Below are positions 12,929 to 26,091 of a stretch of DNA of 64,000 nucleotides, one piece after another (within the stretch, counting starts at the first letter, position 1; each line of letters begins with the position of its first letter). Origin of the DNA: Octopus vulgaris (Eukaryota); contig OX597822.1 of NCBI GenBank assembly GCA_951406725.2, forward strand, positions 3,658,001 through 3,722,000, read 5' to 3'. The notes beneath the pieces were generated by a model. That model did not search any database. It had not been told where the DNA came from and saw only the letters and a program-made list of their open reading frames with translations. Made by a program: the position numbers and the translations under genes.

Positions 12929-13140
12929 TGTATATATGTATGTATATACATATATATATATAATATACGTGTATATATGTATGTATATACATATACACAC
13001 ATAGATGCACACACACACATATTCATACGTAGATACTGACGCATATATACAGACATACATATTATGTATGTGTATATATATGAATAATATATTTGCACAT
13101 AGTCAAGCAAACATATGTATGCATATATATATATATATAC
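12744..13140. repeat. (TA)n-rich compound microsatellite
   Basis: Seen directly. Confidence 0.95.
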
Positions 13141-13497
13141 AGGTACTTACATGTACATATTTGTGAGAGCAAAGATGTTTAAATATTCACGATAAAACTG
13201 CATAGACAGCATTAAGAATCCATAAAAATACAATTGCAGCAAGAAAAACAAATTAATGTTAACAAGACGCTAAAGCGACGTGTGAATCAGTCTCTTTTAA
13301 AATTTGCATTTGTGACGTCAACTACAAAGATTTCTTGTTAGTAACCATAAAGTTACTAAAAACTAGATGATGAAAATCAAAGTAATGCTTTGTCTGCTAC
13401 TCCGGTGGTGATGTGAGTTCGTGTCTCGCGGGCAATGGCTTCCCATTCCTTTTGTGTTTTATCCGAAAGACATTTCCAATCCAACACTTACCTAATA

Positions 13498-13895
13498 TCT
13501 TCTTTATATATACAAGTGAGGTTGTGTGCTGTCTGTCTCCTACGATTTAGATTCCTAACTACTCCCACATTTTGCGGTGCAGTTTAACCAAAACCGGGTA
13601 TCTTATAGTCGTGATTCATATCGAGCCCTTCTGGGTATTAGCGCACGTCTACGATGAGTCTACGATTTAAAAAAAAGTTTACCATCAATTTTTCCCATTT
13701 TTAATGAATTTTTGGCATATATAAGGGAAGTAACTCTGTAAAAATTTATTATTAAGTCTCAGAACGCAAAAAGCTACAGTAACACCCCACCTTTGTGGTT
13801 AGCCATATTGAGATGGCTATTATACTTTACATCTCAAAAATTGCTTATATAGTTATTTCCTTACAAACCCGAGCAACGCCGGGTGATACTGCTAG
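13498..13895 (+). mobile_element. Non-autonomous Helitron
   Basis: Starts TC after host A (A|TCTTCTTTATATATAC). GC-rich subterminal hairpin CCCGAGCAACGCCGGG, ends CTAG before host T, no TSD: the canonical Helitron termini. Confidence 0.85.
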
Positions 13896-14329
13896 TTATT
13901 TATAAATATAAGTACTTCGAAAACCTATATATATATATATATATATATATAATTGTAAGATCCAAGGATGGAAGTGTAGGAAGAATGTGAACTTCAAACA
14001 ATCCGTAGAAAATATTTTAAAATCTTTCAGAAATAATATTGCTCTACTTGGGCGGAAGGTTGTAAAATTTTCCCATATTGTAGTTAGATAAGATGAAGAA
14101 ATTATTATATAGTTCACTTTTGGTAGCCAGGGTTGCAGGGTATGCGAATTAAAAATCCAAAAGTTAAGGAATGGAGTAGATAAAATCCAGGCTACATATG
14201 TTTCATAGCGAGCGCAACCTCGGAAGTAGTAAATATCCTAGTGAGGTGTATACCGCTGGTTACTCTTGATTATATGAAGTTTACTTTGTCGTTAGGAGGC
14301 TCGTGTTAACACGCGGAAGATGGTATGAA

Positions 14330-15475
14330 GCTGGGCTACGTTCTTGCTCCTGCATTCTTCTCTCTGTAACTCGCAACTGTGCTTGTCACCATAATGGTCG
14401 ATCTGCACACGATTTCACACGGAGCTGTTCTACGTATTCGACTCAGCGCTCATGGTCAAAAACATTGAGGATATGTATATCGTGGACCGTTTTTCTGGTG
14501 CAGCTGATATATTACTCTCCAAAACAAGACTTCAAAACCCTGAGCTGCTCTGTCAGCCTCCACGAAGATGTTGTAATATACGGAAAGAGCCCAAGTCAGT
14601 AACTATACATGGAGAGCCCCTAAAGTACGCCAATGCCTCTGCCTATCTCGGCAGCTCAGTAACTTATACTAATTCTTATGACCTCGAGTTTGAGAGGCAA
14701 ATACAGTTTGTCAGAAAGGATTTTGGCTCTTTCGAAAAACATCTATAGAGTTGCTATAGAGTCGACAATAAAGAATCCTCGCTAGGAAGAGTAAAGTTAC
14801 TAAAATTGATGGAGAAACTCAGAGTAATGCTTTGAATAAAAGGTAGGACGTCTGCCATATCTGCAGGTGATGTGGATTCGCAGCACAAAGATAAAGGTGT
14901 ACTGTGCCATAGTGCTCCCTCACCTCCTCTATGCCACAGAAGGCATAGCCCTCTACAGCAGGCACATCAAGGCCATGAATCGTGTCCAGCATCGTCATCT
15001 CCGCTCCATCTTACATATCAGATGGCAGGATCACATTCCTGATGTAAAAGTCCTGCGGCACACAGGTACATAATGTGGAGATCCATAGCACCTCATCACA
15101 GCTGCGTTGGGCAGGACATGTTGGCAAGCTCCCAAAGGAAATATATTTGTTTTATGCAGGAGGGCCTATAGAGGCCAAAGGTTGCATATATGGATGTGCT
15201 AAAGAGATAAATGAAGAGTTCCGCTATCACTCCAGACTCATGGGAGAAGGAGGCCCTGTCGTGTGATGAATGGCACCGATCGCTGAAGATCTTAATTCCA
15301 GTCTTTAAGGAGAAACAACAGAGGGAACTCTAAAGATGTGGTGTGAAGCGTCGCAAATCTGTTGTGTCAATTACCTTCACCTGCAGCAGATGTCATCGCT
15401 GCTGCAGATCAAAAGCAGGCCTTGTAGGTTACTGAACAACAAATAGTCAACGTCGACCTACGATAAACAGCCGAA
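14330..15475 (+). mobile_element. RTE-clade LINE remnant (RT C-terminal half to zinc-finger tail)
   Basis: AYLGSSVT; TKIKVYCAIVLPHLLYATE; RHLRSILHIRWQDHIPDVKVL; QLRWAGHV; FTCSRCHRCCRSKAGL. Interrupted by a ~120-bp insert near 14747-14866. Confidence 0.9.
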
Positions 15476-15749
15476 GTAGATATCTACGTATATGCATTGT
15501 TAATATGATACTTCTAATATTAGTTGATACTTTATTTCAAAATTATTTAGTTACTTCCATTATTACTTAAATAGATAGATGGACAAATAGAGAGAGAGAG
15601 AGAGAGATACATACATATATACATACATACACACATACATACATACAGAGAGACAAGCAGGCAGAGAGACTGGCTAGATTGATGAGAGGGATCTATTGAT
15701 AGATTGAGAGAAAGATGGTAGATATATAGATAGACAGACATGTGGTTAG

Positions 15750-16170
<421 letters not shown>

Positions 16171-16851
16171 TGCATGATGACAGTATGCACAATCAACCGT
16201 GAAATATTGTGCCGTTCTGCTTCGCATGGCAACCAAGTTCATAAATAAGTCGCACATCTACACGCACGAGTATGCTTTTTGTTGTTGTTGTTGTCATGTG
16301 GCGATGTGATAGACAAACAGTCGGTTGCTAAAGTAAATTTTAAGAGACATCCAAGGTCACTACTGTGTCTCACATGGCTCCTACATACGCTTTTAGCTTC
16401 AGACAATATGGCTAGTGGTGTCGGCTAGTCACGATATTCGCTATCAATTATTGGCAATCAGTTTCTGACCATACAAACACGCGTGCTCTTACACACAAAC
16501 ACACGCACATAGAGACGTACGCGCATGCGCACACACAGACACCAGAAACGCACGGACGGACAGACACACGCACACAGACACACTGACGCACACACATCCT
16601 ACCAAATTATTCCTCAGCAGCGGAAAGATGAATAAATAACATTATTGAACGATCTTCTATGTATGTATGTATATATGTACATATGTATATTTGCGTGTGT
16701 GTATGTATGTAAATGTGTGTATATGTAGTACGTGTGGATATGTATGTATGCATGTATGTATGAATGAATAGATGAATACACACATCACATTTCTCTCCGT
16801 CTCTTTCCCTACATATATCTATATTATATATATCATATATATTTATATATG

Positions 16852-16892
<41 letters not shown>

Positions 16893-16999
16893 CTGAAAAT
16901 ATGTGGAAAACGTATATAGAAAGTGGAAGAGAAGTGCCTTCGTTTCACATTGTTTAATATCTTTTTATAAAGAAATCTTTTAAATATATACATATATTA

Positions 17000-19432
17000 T
17001 GGATATAGTGATATCCAATCGGTTTTCGTTATATAAATTAGGTTTTCAAGGGAGATTGTGAAGTAATCAATTCTTGTGACAAAGAGGTCTCATCATTTTG
17101 GATGCTCGAAAAATAAGAATGAGTCTAGAGAGTGGACCAAAGGAGGTAGCAGGTGGCAAGAGGGGCAACTATCTCCTCAGTATAATTTTTGAAGTGGTCA
17201 TGTTTGTATATTATGGTGTGGTCTGTACTTTTGTATGAACAGGTTTTCCTTGTTTAGGCGTTCTTGTAAGGAGATTGAACCTTTGCATTGATATAATGGA
17301 AAGATGTAGAATTTCGGCGTTTTATTTCTTGCGCATCTGTCGATATATTCGCTCAGAGCTATCAGCTTGTATTGAGGAAAACGAATCTGTTCTTAATGCA
17401 GCGTGACTCTGCGTCTCAAAGTAAGGCTCATTTGGCCCTTATAATTGTGGCCACAACCTGAGCATCTTAGCACACTTATAAGGTTCTGGGAAGTGCATGT
17501 GAAGTTGGTCTTAAGTGAGAATTTTTCTCCTTGCTGGAATGTGAATCCTGAGCCTCCATTTAGGTCGTCTGCATTTTTTAACTATTGGTATCGTATGTAT
17601 TGAGTATTGTTTTGCATTTTTTAGGAGTCTGTTGAGTGATTTGTCTTGTCTTTTGCATTTTAGGAGTCTATGTGTATTTAAGATGTTGTTTATTTTCGAG
17701 TCTTGATTGAGCAGAGGGGCATTTTGTATAATTGTGTTGTATGCTTCATTGTTTCTGGGGTTGTGGGTTGATATGTATGATTTAAAGTGAGGTGTGGTGT
17801 TTTGTTTTGTTGTCCTTAGTGTGTTTGTGTCCATTTTCTTGGCACGTTCAATTCCATGTTCTATAAGTGCGGGTGGGTATTGTCGTTTAATGAGTGTTAT
17901 TTTGAGGTCTTGTGGGCGAAGTTCCCGAGTTGTTGTGTCAGATACAATTGTACATATCATTTTAGTTAGATTGAATGGGATATCTATTTTGGTGTGTTTA
18001 GAATGGCATGAAATGAAAAGGAGATAATATTTTGAGTTTGTTGGTTTGTCGTAAATGTCAGTTGCAATTTGGTTATTGAACTTTTTTAAAATCAAAATGT
18101 CCAGAAATGGGAGCTGTTCCTTGCTGTATTCCATTGTAAATGGAATATTAGAGTTTATATTGTTCAGTGTGGGTTTCAAATCCAGGAGTTTATCATAGGT
18201 TTCATTCCAGATAATAAAACAGTCGTCTAGGTACCTTTTCCAGTTTTCTTTTATATACTCGTGGAATGGGGGTCCAAATTTTGGGAGCGAAAGTTCATAT
18301 AGGATAGATTCAAAGAAAGCCATTATTAGGTTCACAAGGACAGGCGCTGCTTTCGTTCTCATCGCCATACCGCATTTTTGGCGGTAGTATGTTGCATCGA
18401 ATAGGAAGTAATTGCTTTGTAAGATGAACTTCAGGGATTCAATGACTAAAGTCTGGTTTATGCGGTCCGGGAGAACTTTGTGGTATTTTTCTAACCAGAA
18501 TGTTATTGCTTCTATTCCGTAGTCATGTGTAATGTTAGTGTAGAGGTCGATGACATCGAATGAGACAAAAATTGCTTCTTCGTTGGTCGTATTTGGTTGA
18601 TACTCTAGTATGTACAGAACATCTCTAACGAAATTTTTAACGTGTCTAAGGAAAGGTTTCAATAATATGTCCAGGACGTTGCTTAGGCGGTGTGTTTCAC
18701 AGGCTGGGACCGCTAAAGAGGACTTAATTTTAAGTCTCCTGGTGTTGGGATATTTATGTATAGACCTGGATTTGATTTGCAGGCATTAGTAATTATTTGA
18801 CTCTTGTGAGTTTTGGGGAAGCCATCGAAGAGGATTGGTCTGCATTTAAAATTAGTGATATAGTTTTTCTTTTCTTTTTCTGTGAGGCCTTTTCCATGTT
18901 TGAGTAATAGAGATGCAATATTTTTTAATGTTTTTTGTTGCCTATAATTTGCAACTTTTTCATAAAAGGAGTCATTTTATACTAGTATGGACAAAGCTAG
19001 GTTGTTATAGTATTCTGTGTCTATCAGGACTACAGCGCTACCTTTGTCTGCTTCTTTGATTGTCAGGTCTTTCTCGTTTTTTAGCTGTAGTAGGTGCTTC
19101 CATTGTAAATTGTTGAAGTTAGGTACAATGTTTGGTTTATAGATAGTGTGGGGAAAATTCTGGTTACTGTTAACGAAGTCGTCTAGTGTTTTGTTCCTTC
19201 CTTTCGGTGGTAGGTAAATACTTTTGTTTCTCACTAGTGATTCGTCATCGTTGTTGCAGTTGGTTAGTGCTTCTGTCAATCGAAATTTTCTACAGAATTC
19301 TGCAATATTATCTTTCATTTCATTGGAGTTGGGTCTATGTGGGATGGGTGTAAAGTTAACACCTTTAGCTAAAATAAGGATTTTTCTTGTGTAGAGAGTT
19401 TCCTTAGATAAGTTGATTATTCTCCACCTCAT
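17000..19432 (-). mobile_element. Penelope-like retroelement, near full length but frameshifted
   Basis: N-terminal IINLS...LAKGVNFTPIP...IKEADKGSAVVLID (ORF 18977-19432), RT core (17511-18662), then a GIY-YIG-like NLISVLRCSGCGHNYKGQ...LRRRVTLH segment below 17500. Confidence 0.92.
17511..18662 (-). pseudogene. Penelope-like reverse transcriptase, 383-aa open segment
   Basis: SFDVIDLYTNI, YRQKCGMAMRTKAAP (GxAMG motif, G>R), WKRYLDDCF, LPFLDILI, TDIYDKPTNS, SCHSKHTKIDIPFN. Confidence 0.92.
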
Positions 19433-19439
19433 CGGATAA

Positions 19440-19800
19440 AATTAAGGAATTTTTAAAAAATCAACACAAATTTAGTCACTCTAACCAACAAAATCGATGG
19501 ACTTACCAAACCCGAGAAGACTTACAAACTTTCAAAGAAAGCAATCTATAAAGAAGGTCAGTCAAACTCTAAGTGAACTATGCACTACATTAAACCAATT
19601 CTTAACCCCAAATGAAGACACAGCATACCTTATTAAAAACTGCATTAGTCACACTTGGTCCAAAAACCTCAACACCAGAAAACTCTCGTTCTGGAATAGG
19701 ATAAAAAATAACAATAAAGCACAAATATAGGAAAATTGGATCAACACAACACCGTTAATCTTGCAACGCAAACTCAAAATAAAACTCAGGAAGATTTCAG
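19440..19800 (+). mobile_element. Inverted fragment, probably the N-terminal region of the adjacent PLE ORF
   Basis: HTWSKNLNTRKLSFWNRIKNNNKAQI*ENWINTTPLILQRKLKIK has the same A/C-rich coding-strand bias as the PLE but on the opposite strand, and abuts its 5' break. Confidence 0.5.
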
Positions 19801-19849
19801 TCATCCAATGAGCCCCACAAAGCAAAAAAAAAAAAAAAAAAGAGAAGAA

Positions 19850-21038
19850 GATTACTGGTCACCTAATGCCATTGTTGAAGGGAATCTGTGAAACTAGTTA
19901 GTCGTGAGATGGGAATTACATAATCAAGCATCATTCGCATTTTAGGTGTCAAAATGTGCCAACAAGTTAGATTCCAATAACGGTCCATGTTCTCACTGAC
20001 GATGATCTCGGGGAAGATTTATGAGTGGTATTGAGCACTTTCTAAGAAAGATCGTTTGGAGTAATGAAGTTTAAAGGGTAAAGACCCCCTTCGGTCATGA
20101 ATAACCATGGGATTACACCTTGAAAGTTAGCCTTCGGGGCACAAGCCCGGGCAAGGTTGTTTTATGGAAGACTAGCAGTCACCCATCCATACCAACCTCT
20201 CCTCTCCACGCCACCATGTTATCCAAGGGAAAGGCAAAGACCGATACATTGTGGCCCCGGTGATGTCGCAACTCATTTATACAGATGAGTGCACTAGAGC
20301 AGCGTAAAATAAAGTGTCCTGCTCAGGAACACAATACATAGTCTGCTCCGGGAATCGAACTCACTACCTCATGATTATGAGCGCAACGCCCTAACCACCG
20401 AACCATACGCCTTCGCAGATGATTCAATTAACTGCCACAATTGTACCTAGTGGATAACTGATCATTTACATATTACGAAGGGACATTATGTTAACTTATA
20501 GGAGTTACATTATGGTACTACTTCTCATCAAAATGTGGAATTGGACCATTCTTTTTTTAGAGTACCGTCACTGCATACATTTACTTGAACTTGCTACGAT
20601 ACTCTGTTAAGCCAATCTTCCAAGAGGAGTTTAAAGTGGGGAAATTTTATTTCCAGCAATATGGAGTACCTTTGCACAACCATAGTAATATAAGGGTCTA
20701 CGCTGATGAGAACAAGTGAACCACAAAATACAAAAATTTGGGGGTGATATTTGAAAAATAAACTTCACAGTACAAAACAGTCAACGAATCGAGGGTTGCC
20801 ATTGAACGAAAATGTGCACAAATTCTGAAGAAAATGATTCTTGCGGTTTGCAATTACAGTGGCTTGCGTTATCAGCGATGCCTGTATCAGAACAGTCGAC
20901 TGTTTGAACACAAGCATTCATAAAAAATTAAACTGTTTGTAGCTTCTGGTTAATTTTAAAAATTGAATATGTTTTTATAAATCCTGGCTTTATTCAATAT
21001 CTATATACATTTTGGTAAAGGGGATGGGGTGACCCTGT
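19850..21038 (+). mobile_element. Degraded Tc1/mariner (same broad family as 32010-33005), split by a SINE
   Basis: KIVWSNE|...INCHNCT, GIGPFFF, FYFQQYGVPLH, LRYQRCLYQNSRLFEH; ends near GGTGACCCTGTG. Confidence 0.75.
20073..20416 (-). mobile_element. tRNA-derived SINE family C with CORE-like centre
   Basis: Reverse complement has an A-box TGGTTCGGTGGTTAGG, a B-box GAGTTCGATTCCC and CORE-like GTGTTCCTGAGCAGGACACTTTA...CTCATCTGTATAAATG; ends CTTTACCCTTT. Confidence 0.85.
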
Positions 21039-21148
21039 GCGTTTCTTTAAGTATTTCAAACGTAGAAATTAAATTCATGTGAATCCATTTTATTCACACA
21101 GTTTTTGGAATCTATGAATGCATAACTGATTTAGTGTATGTATATATA

Positions 21149-21196
<48 letters not shown>

Positions 21197-21309
21197 GAAT
21201 GGATGAACTTGCATTCATGTAACGAGTGATTTCCACTTTAGTATGTGTTTCATTGTTATTTATGAATATATGCTCATGTCCTTTGCACTCCCGATTTTGA
21301 TTATATCTT

Positions 21310-21720
21310 CATACTCAGAATCTCAAATAGCGAATTCTGGGATTCTATTACAAATTTTCACTGTATCGTTCTTGACTGTATTTGGAGAATGCACTACGTA
21401 TTGCTTTTGTATTCTATAATTCCAATATTTAAGAGGCTTTTATACAAATCTCTTATTCTACGGCCAAATGCACTTTATGACAGTTGCCTTGTTATAAAGT
21501 CGTTTCTCATTTCTATACCACAGATCCATTTCTCTTCAACTTTAGATGAGACATTCACATCCGTTGGACAGCTGGCACCTACAATAGAAAATGATTTGAG
21601 AACCGTTTCCAGTTGAACAGTACGAAGCCTATTTTGTTTAGATCGAGTTGCTTTTAATTGGAATGTTCTGCCAATATATACCTTGTTTTTAAGGGTGTGG
21701 CTATATTCCGGTTCTGTATG
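21310..21720 (-). mobile_element. Highly degraded RLE-type LINE C-terminal fragment
   Basis: SIVGASCPTDVNVSSKVEEK resembles the RLE IVDVSCPxDxNxxxKxxEK motif; VKIC near the 3' end parallels VNIC in the 9235-9610 element. Confidence 0.45.
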
Positions 21721-23760
21721 GTTATTTGGACAAGCCTTCCTATGTAGGTGAGTTAGTATGTATGAAATTACGTATATATGAAGAAAGGATGTATATGTGA
21801 AGTAATGACGTCTGCTAGAAGATGATAAAGGTACGCTTCCTTGCTTGCAATATATATATCGGGTGCAAATTGCATCGATAACCAGCTGGAGGCGGCTCCT
21901 ACCGGAGTTAAAAGCAGTGGTAAAGTTGATTATTATGGAACAGATGTATTGATGTGGTCATAAACAGTACTCCTCGTAATGGTTACTACTTTTATCTCTT
22001 ATAGGTCTTTTGTAACTAGTTACTTTGCTTGTTGATGTATATATGCATTATGTAAATAAGTAGCAAAAAGTATTACTTCAAGGGTCCAAGGTGAATTATG
22101 TCATTATGTTGCAAAAGAATTGAAACAGGATATTTTGAAGCATTACGCCAATCCACAGGTGCTACGATGCTCGAAAGACCAAATTCTCAAAACTGCTAAT
22201 CATGGATAGCAACATCATCATACTTGGATCGGGGTGTGATTTTCACCTTCGAAAATTTGCAATTGAAATGGTCTTCAATCTAAAAGATTAACGACATATT
22301 GCAAGCAAAACACTCTGCTCAATACATTTTTTTTATGGCCTGAGGAAGGTATTCGATAACAAGAAAAAGTCATACTTTGAGTTGCAGTTATTACTTGAAT
22401 GTATAGGTATACAAATAAAGGGCAAGGAAAACTACGTATACTCGGAAACTCAGAAACGATATATCGCAACGTACTACAAGAAATAGAGCATCATTTGACA
22501 AAGTCACTTCCTATTTAAACGGATCCTGAAAAAACTGCTGCTGATCTTTAATTAGAATGTTCTGGATGTCAAAATATCTAGCGATATCTCGTAACTGAAG
22601 ATCAGATATATTAACTAGTTATTGTTATCGAAGAATATATTTATTTTGATAGCTTTCTTTTACAAACTAAAACGCGCAGCCTACCTATTCAAATGTACAA
22701 CCAAATGATTTAACAGGCGTCGAAGTGTATTCATCCCCTTCATGTAGGTAACACCGGTTGTTTTCCCTTATACCATAGCACTCCAGGAAGTAATAATATT
22801 TCCTGTTTGTCACGCTTCATTGAGGTATAAAGTCCATCCATCTACAAAATAGTGCCTGAACTGACATGCCTATAATACACGTGCATGGAACTCTGACTAA
22901 CAAACGTATAGTCATTAGAGATTAATAAATTCCGTCACTACTCGGAGCTCATCTTAACGTCTGAACAATTTCAAATACTGAATAAATCTGCTGAGCCGCA
23001 GAGTGAATCGATCGGATGAGGTACTAATAAATACAAATTTTACTATACCTACATGCACACATACGCACAACACATACATACATATATGAATGTATGTATG
23101 CATGTAAGAATGCAGTTTCTGAGAGAAGAGAGACTACCTAAGCATTTTTGCACCTTTATTGAGCAGCAGTTTCTGCTTACCTGTCCATCGGGTGAATAAA
23201 ACTTCCGTTTATACTTTTACTCCAACCTAATTTTACTTATCCCGTAGTTCTTACCACCACACCAGTGAAAATCGAAATAAAATACGTAAAGCAACAGTCG
23301 TCAAATGCAAAAGCCAAAGAACTGTGTATTGCTTAGATATCACTTGCAATATTCACTTTGGAGAGAAAACAGCGCTCAGTCTGACGTATAGGTGTCAACA
23401 TGAGGTATGTACAATGGAAGAGTACATTGTGCTTATCCTAATCTGAAAGTGTTTGAGTGCAAAAAGATTAAGGTTAATTATGATGTCTGATTCCACTGGA
23501 AGCTGTATATAGTGTGGGCTGAACAGCTTTCCTTCATTTTATTGGCTTCAAGACAATTCTGAAGAGGTTCACTATCAATTAATTTCTCTTATTTAGAAGA
23601 AACAGTCAACAGTTCTAACGTCTCAGGAATCTTTCATGCCCTAACCAAAAGTAACAACCCCATAAAATCACCAAACATCTCCATAACTTCACACCGTACA
23701 AGTTAACCCTCTTCACATAAACAAACCGTCCAATGGACGTGGGGAGGGGGGCGTTTGCTA

Positions 23761-23842
<82 letters not shown>

Positions 23843-23857
23843 TGTATGTATATACTA

Positions 23858-24245
23858 CTTCTTTTAGTCATTAGATTACGGCCATGCTGCAGCACAACCT
23901 TAAAGAATTTAGTGGAATGAATCGACTCAAGTACATTTTTAAAGCCTATTATTCTATCGATATCTTTGGTCAAACCGCTAAGTTACGGGAATGTAAACAC
24001 ACCAACACAGTCCTCAAGATTGTGATGGAGGACAAACACAGACACAAAGATACACAGAAACACACACAGAAACACATATATACACACATGCATAGGACGG
24101 GCTTCTTTCAGTTTCCGTTTACCAAATCTTCTCACAACGCTTTAATCGGCACGAAGCTATATTAGAAGACACTTGGCCAAGGTGAAAGTCCCACACAGTA
24201 ACACTGAAGCCGGAAGCATGTGGTTGGGAAGCCAGTTTCTTAGCT
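23858..24245 (-). mobile_element. SINE family B
   Basis: Reverse-complement match to 47934-48405 (GCCATGCTGCAGCAC, CCGCTAAGTTACGGG, CTTCTTTCAGTTTCCG, ATGTGGTTGGGAAGC). Confidence 0.8.
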
Positions 24246-24954
24246 AAACGTAAATATGTATATTTATGTAAGTATATTTACATAACTTTTGATGGGTGGA
24301 GTATTTGAAATATGATAACTGCCGGGATGGATTAACAAGTTTGCTACTGCATGAATTAGTGCTAAATATCTTCACAGTAGGAAGCAGCAACTAAAGTTTA
24401 CTCTGGGCTCTTAAACCATGGTAGTCCGGTATTATTGCTTCTCTTAAGAAAATGTAATCGACAGTAGATATCTCCAGAGGTGTGTGTGTGTGTGTGTGTA
24501 TGTGTGCGTGTGTGTGTGTATCTGTGTGTGTGTGCGTGTGTGTGTTATAAAGAGAGAGAGAAAGGAAGAATTTAACTGAAAAGCTGTAAGAATTATCGTC
24601 TTTAGAAGAAGTGTTACGTGAGTAATGCATACTCCTGAATAAAGAGAAACCATATTTGCGTGGATACATTAGCTTTTCCTCCCCCAGTATCCTCAAATAT
24701 CATAAAACTCACTGTTACACACAAACGCAAATATTAACATACACTACAAACACACACGTATACACCCACATATACACATGCATGTACACATATACACAAT
24801 TTCAACTAGCCATAAAACTGAATTGTTATCTGCCCTTCGGTATAGAATCAAGCTCTCTGGTAAATACCACAGTCTCCAATCGGGGACTGATGCAGAAATA
24901 AAGGTAAAAAGTTAATTAGGTGAAGTATACAGAGATAACACTGTTTTCGATTTA

Positions 24955-25150
24955 CTGCACAAGGCCAGTAATTTCGGAGAAAGGGTAAGTTTATTTTCAA
25001 TGGCCATAATGTGGCAACTGGTACTTATTTTATCACCCTCTGAAAGGAGGAAAAGCAAAGTCGACTTCAGCGGGATTTGAACTCAGAATGTAAAAACGGA
25101 CGAAATGTCACTAAGCATTTCGTATGGAGCAGTAACGATTTTGCTAGCGC
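24955..25150 (-). mobile_element. SINE family A
   Basis: CTGGTACTTATTTTATC...GCAAAGTCGACTTCAGCGGGATTTGAACTCAGAA. Confidence 0.75.
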
Positions 25151-25388
25151 CCAGAGATTAAAAAAAAATACAGCAGTTTCCCCAATACTGTAACGTTTCT
25201 ACCAAGCCACCGCCCTAAATGTACATGTAATATTAAGAGGCCGGTACACTGAAATAAGAAACTACATGACAGGATCATATAAAAACAAGAGGCAACATAC
25301 CAAGAAACCAACATAGAGTACATGTTAAAATAATATGAATTATTAATTCAATTATATATATATATATGTATATATTGGTCTCCCTCTT

Positions 25389-25443
<55 letters not shown>

Positions 25444-25482
25444 GTATATATTGGTCTCCCTCTGTCTCGCTCTCTCTCTCTG

Positions 25483-25539
<57 letters not shown>

Positions 25540-25581
25540 GTATATATACTTTATTTTAAGCAGCAGAAAATTCAACAAAAT

Positions 25582-25619
25582 CTGTTACTCTGAGTTTCTC
25601 GTTGCCGTTCATCAGACAG
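25582..25619 (-). ncRNA. Minimal type I hammerhead ribozyme motif
   Basis: Minus strand reads CTGT CTGATGA ACG-GCAA-CGA GAAA CTC-A-GAG TA ACAG; stem I extends via AAAA/TTTT. Confidence 0.75.
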
Positions 25620-25895
25620 TTTTTGCTGTATATGTATATATATATAACTGTATTTGGTACTTATGCGAGCAACTGTCTTCGAAGACTCATTTTGTCGTTC
25701 AATGCTCGATATGACGAGTAGATAGACAGCCAACAACTGAACGAAGAATCGTTCTTTATGTTAATTGTCCTGTTCTCCATTTGTTTCTCTCGTTATTTGC
25801 TTATTGAACTCACTTGTTTTCGTCTTTCATGTTGTTTACTGTTGGTGACTTCCTATACCCATATATACAAATGTATGTATATATATGTATATATA

Positions 25896-26080
25896 TTTCA
25901 GGATCGTTGTCCTTCATAGGCCTAGAGTAGCAGACACCGGTCAACCGGTGATATTTGTCTCGACTTTGCAGTGAATAGACTTCACTGAATATAGATATAT
26001 ACAGTTGCGAAGTCGAGACAAATATCACCGGTTGACCGGTGTCTGCTACTCTAGGCCTATGAAGGACAACGATCCTGAAA
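25896..26080. repeat. Near-perfect 75-bp inverted repeat with 35-bp spacer
   Basis: 25896-25970 is the reverse complement of 26006-26080 with one mismatch. Confidence 0.97.
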
Positions 26081-26091
26081 CACGTGTCCCT
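26053..26091 (+). ncRNA. Hammerhead-like motif with variant core
   Basis: AGG CCTATGA AGGA-caacga-TCCT GAAA CACGTG TC CCT; the core CCUAUGA departs from CUGANGA at two positions. Confidence 0.5.

Noticed and set aside
23181-23226. Possible 46-nt minus-strand exon (GWSKSINGSFIHPMD) with a strong CAG|GTAAGC donor
   Set aside because: The acceptor lacks a pyrimidine tract (GATAAGTAAAATTAG).
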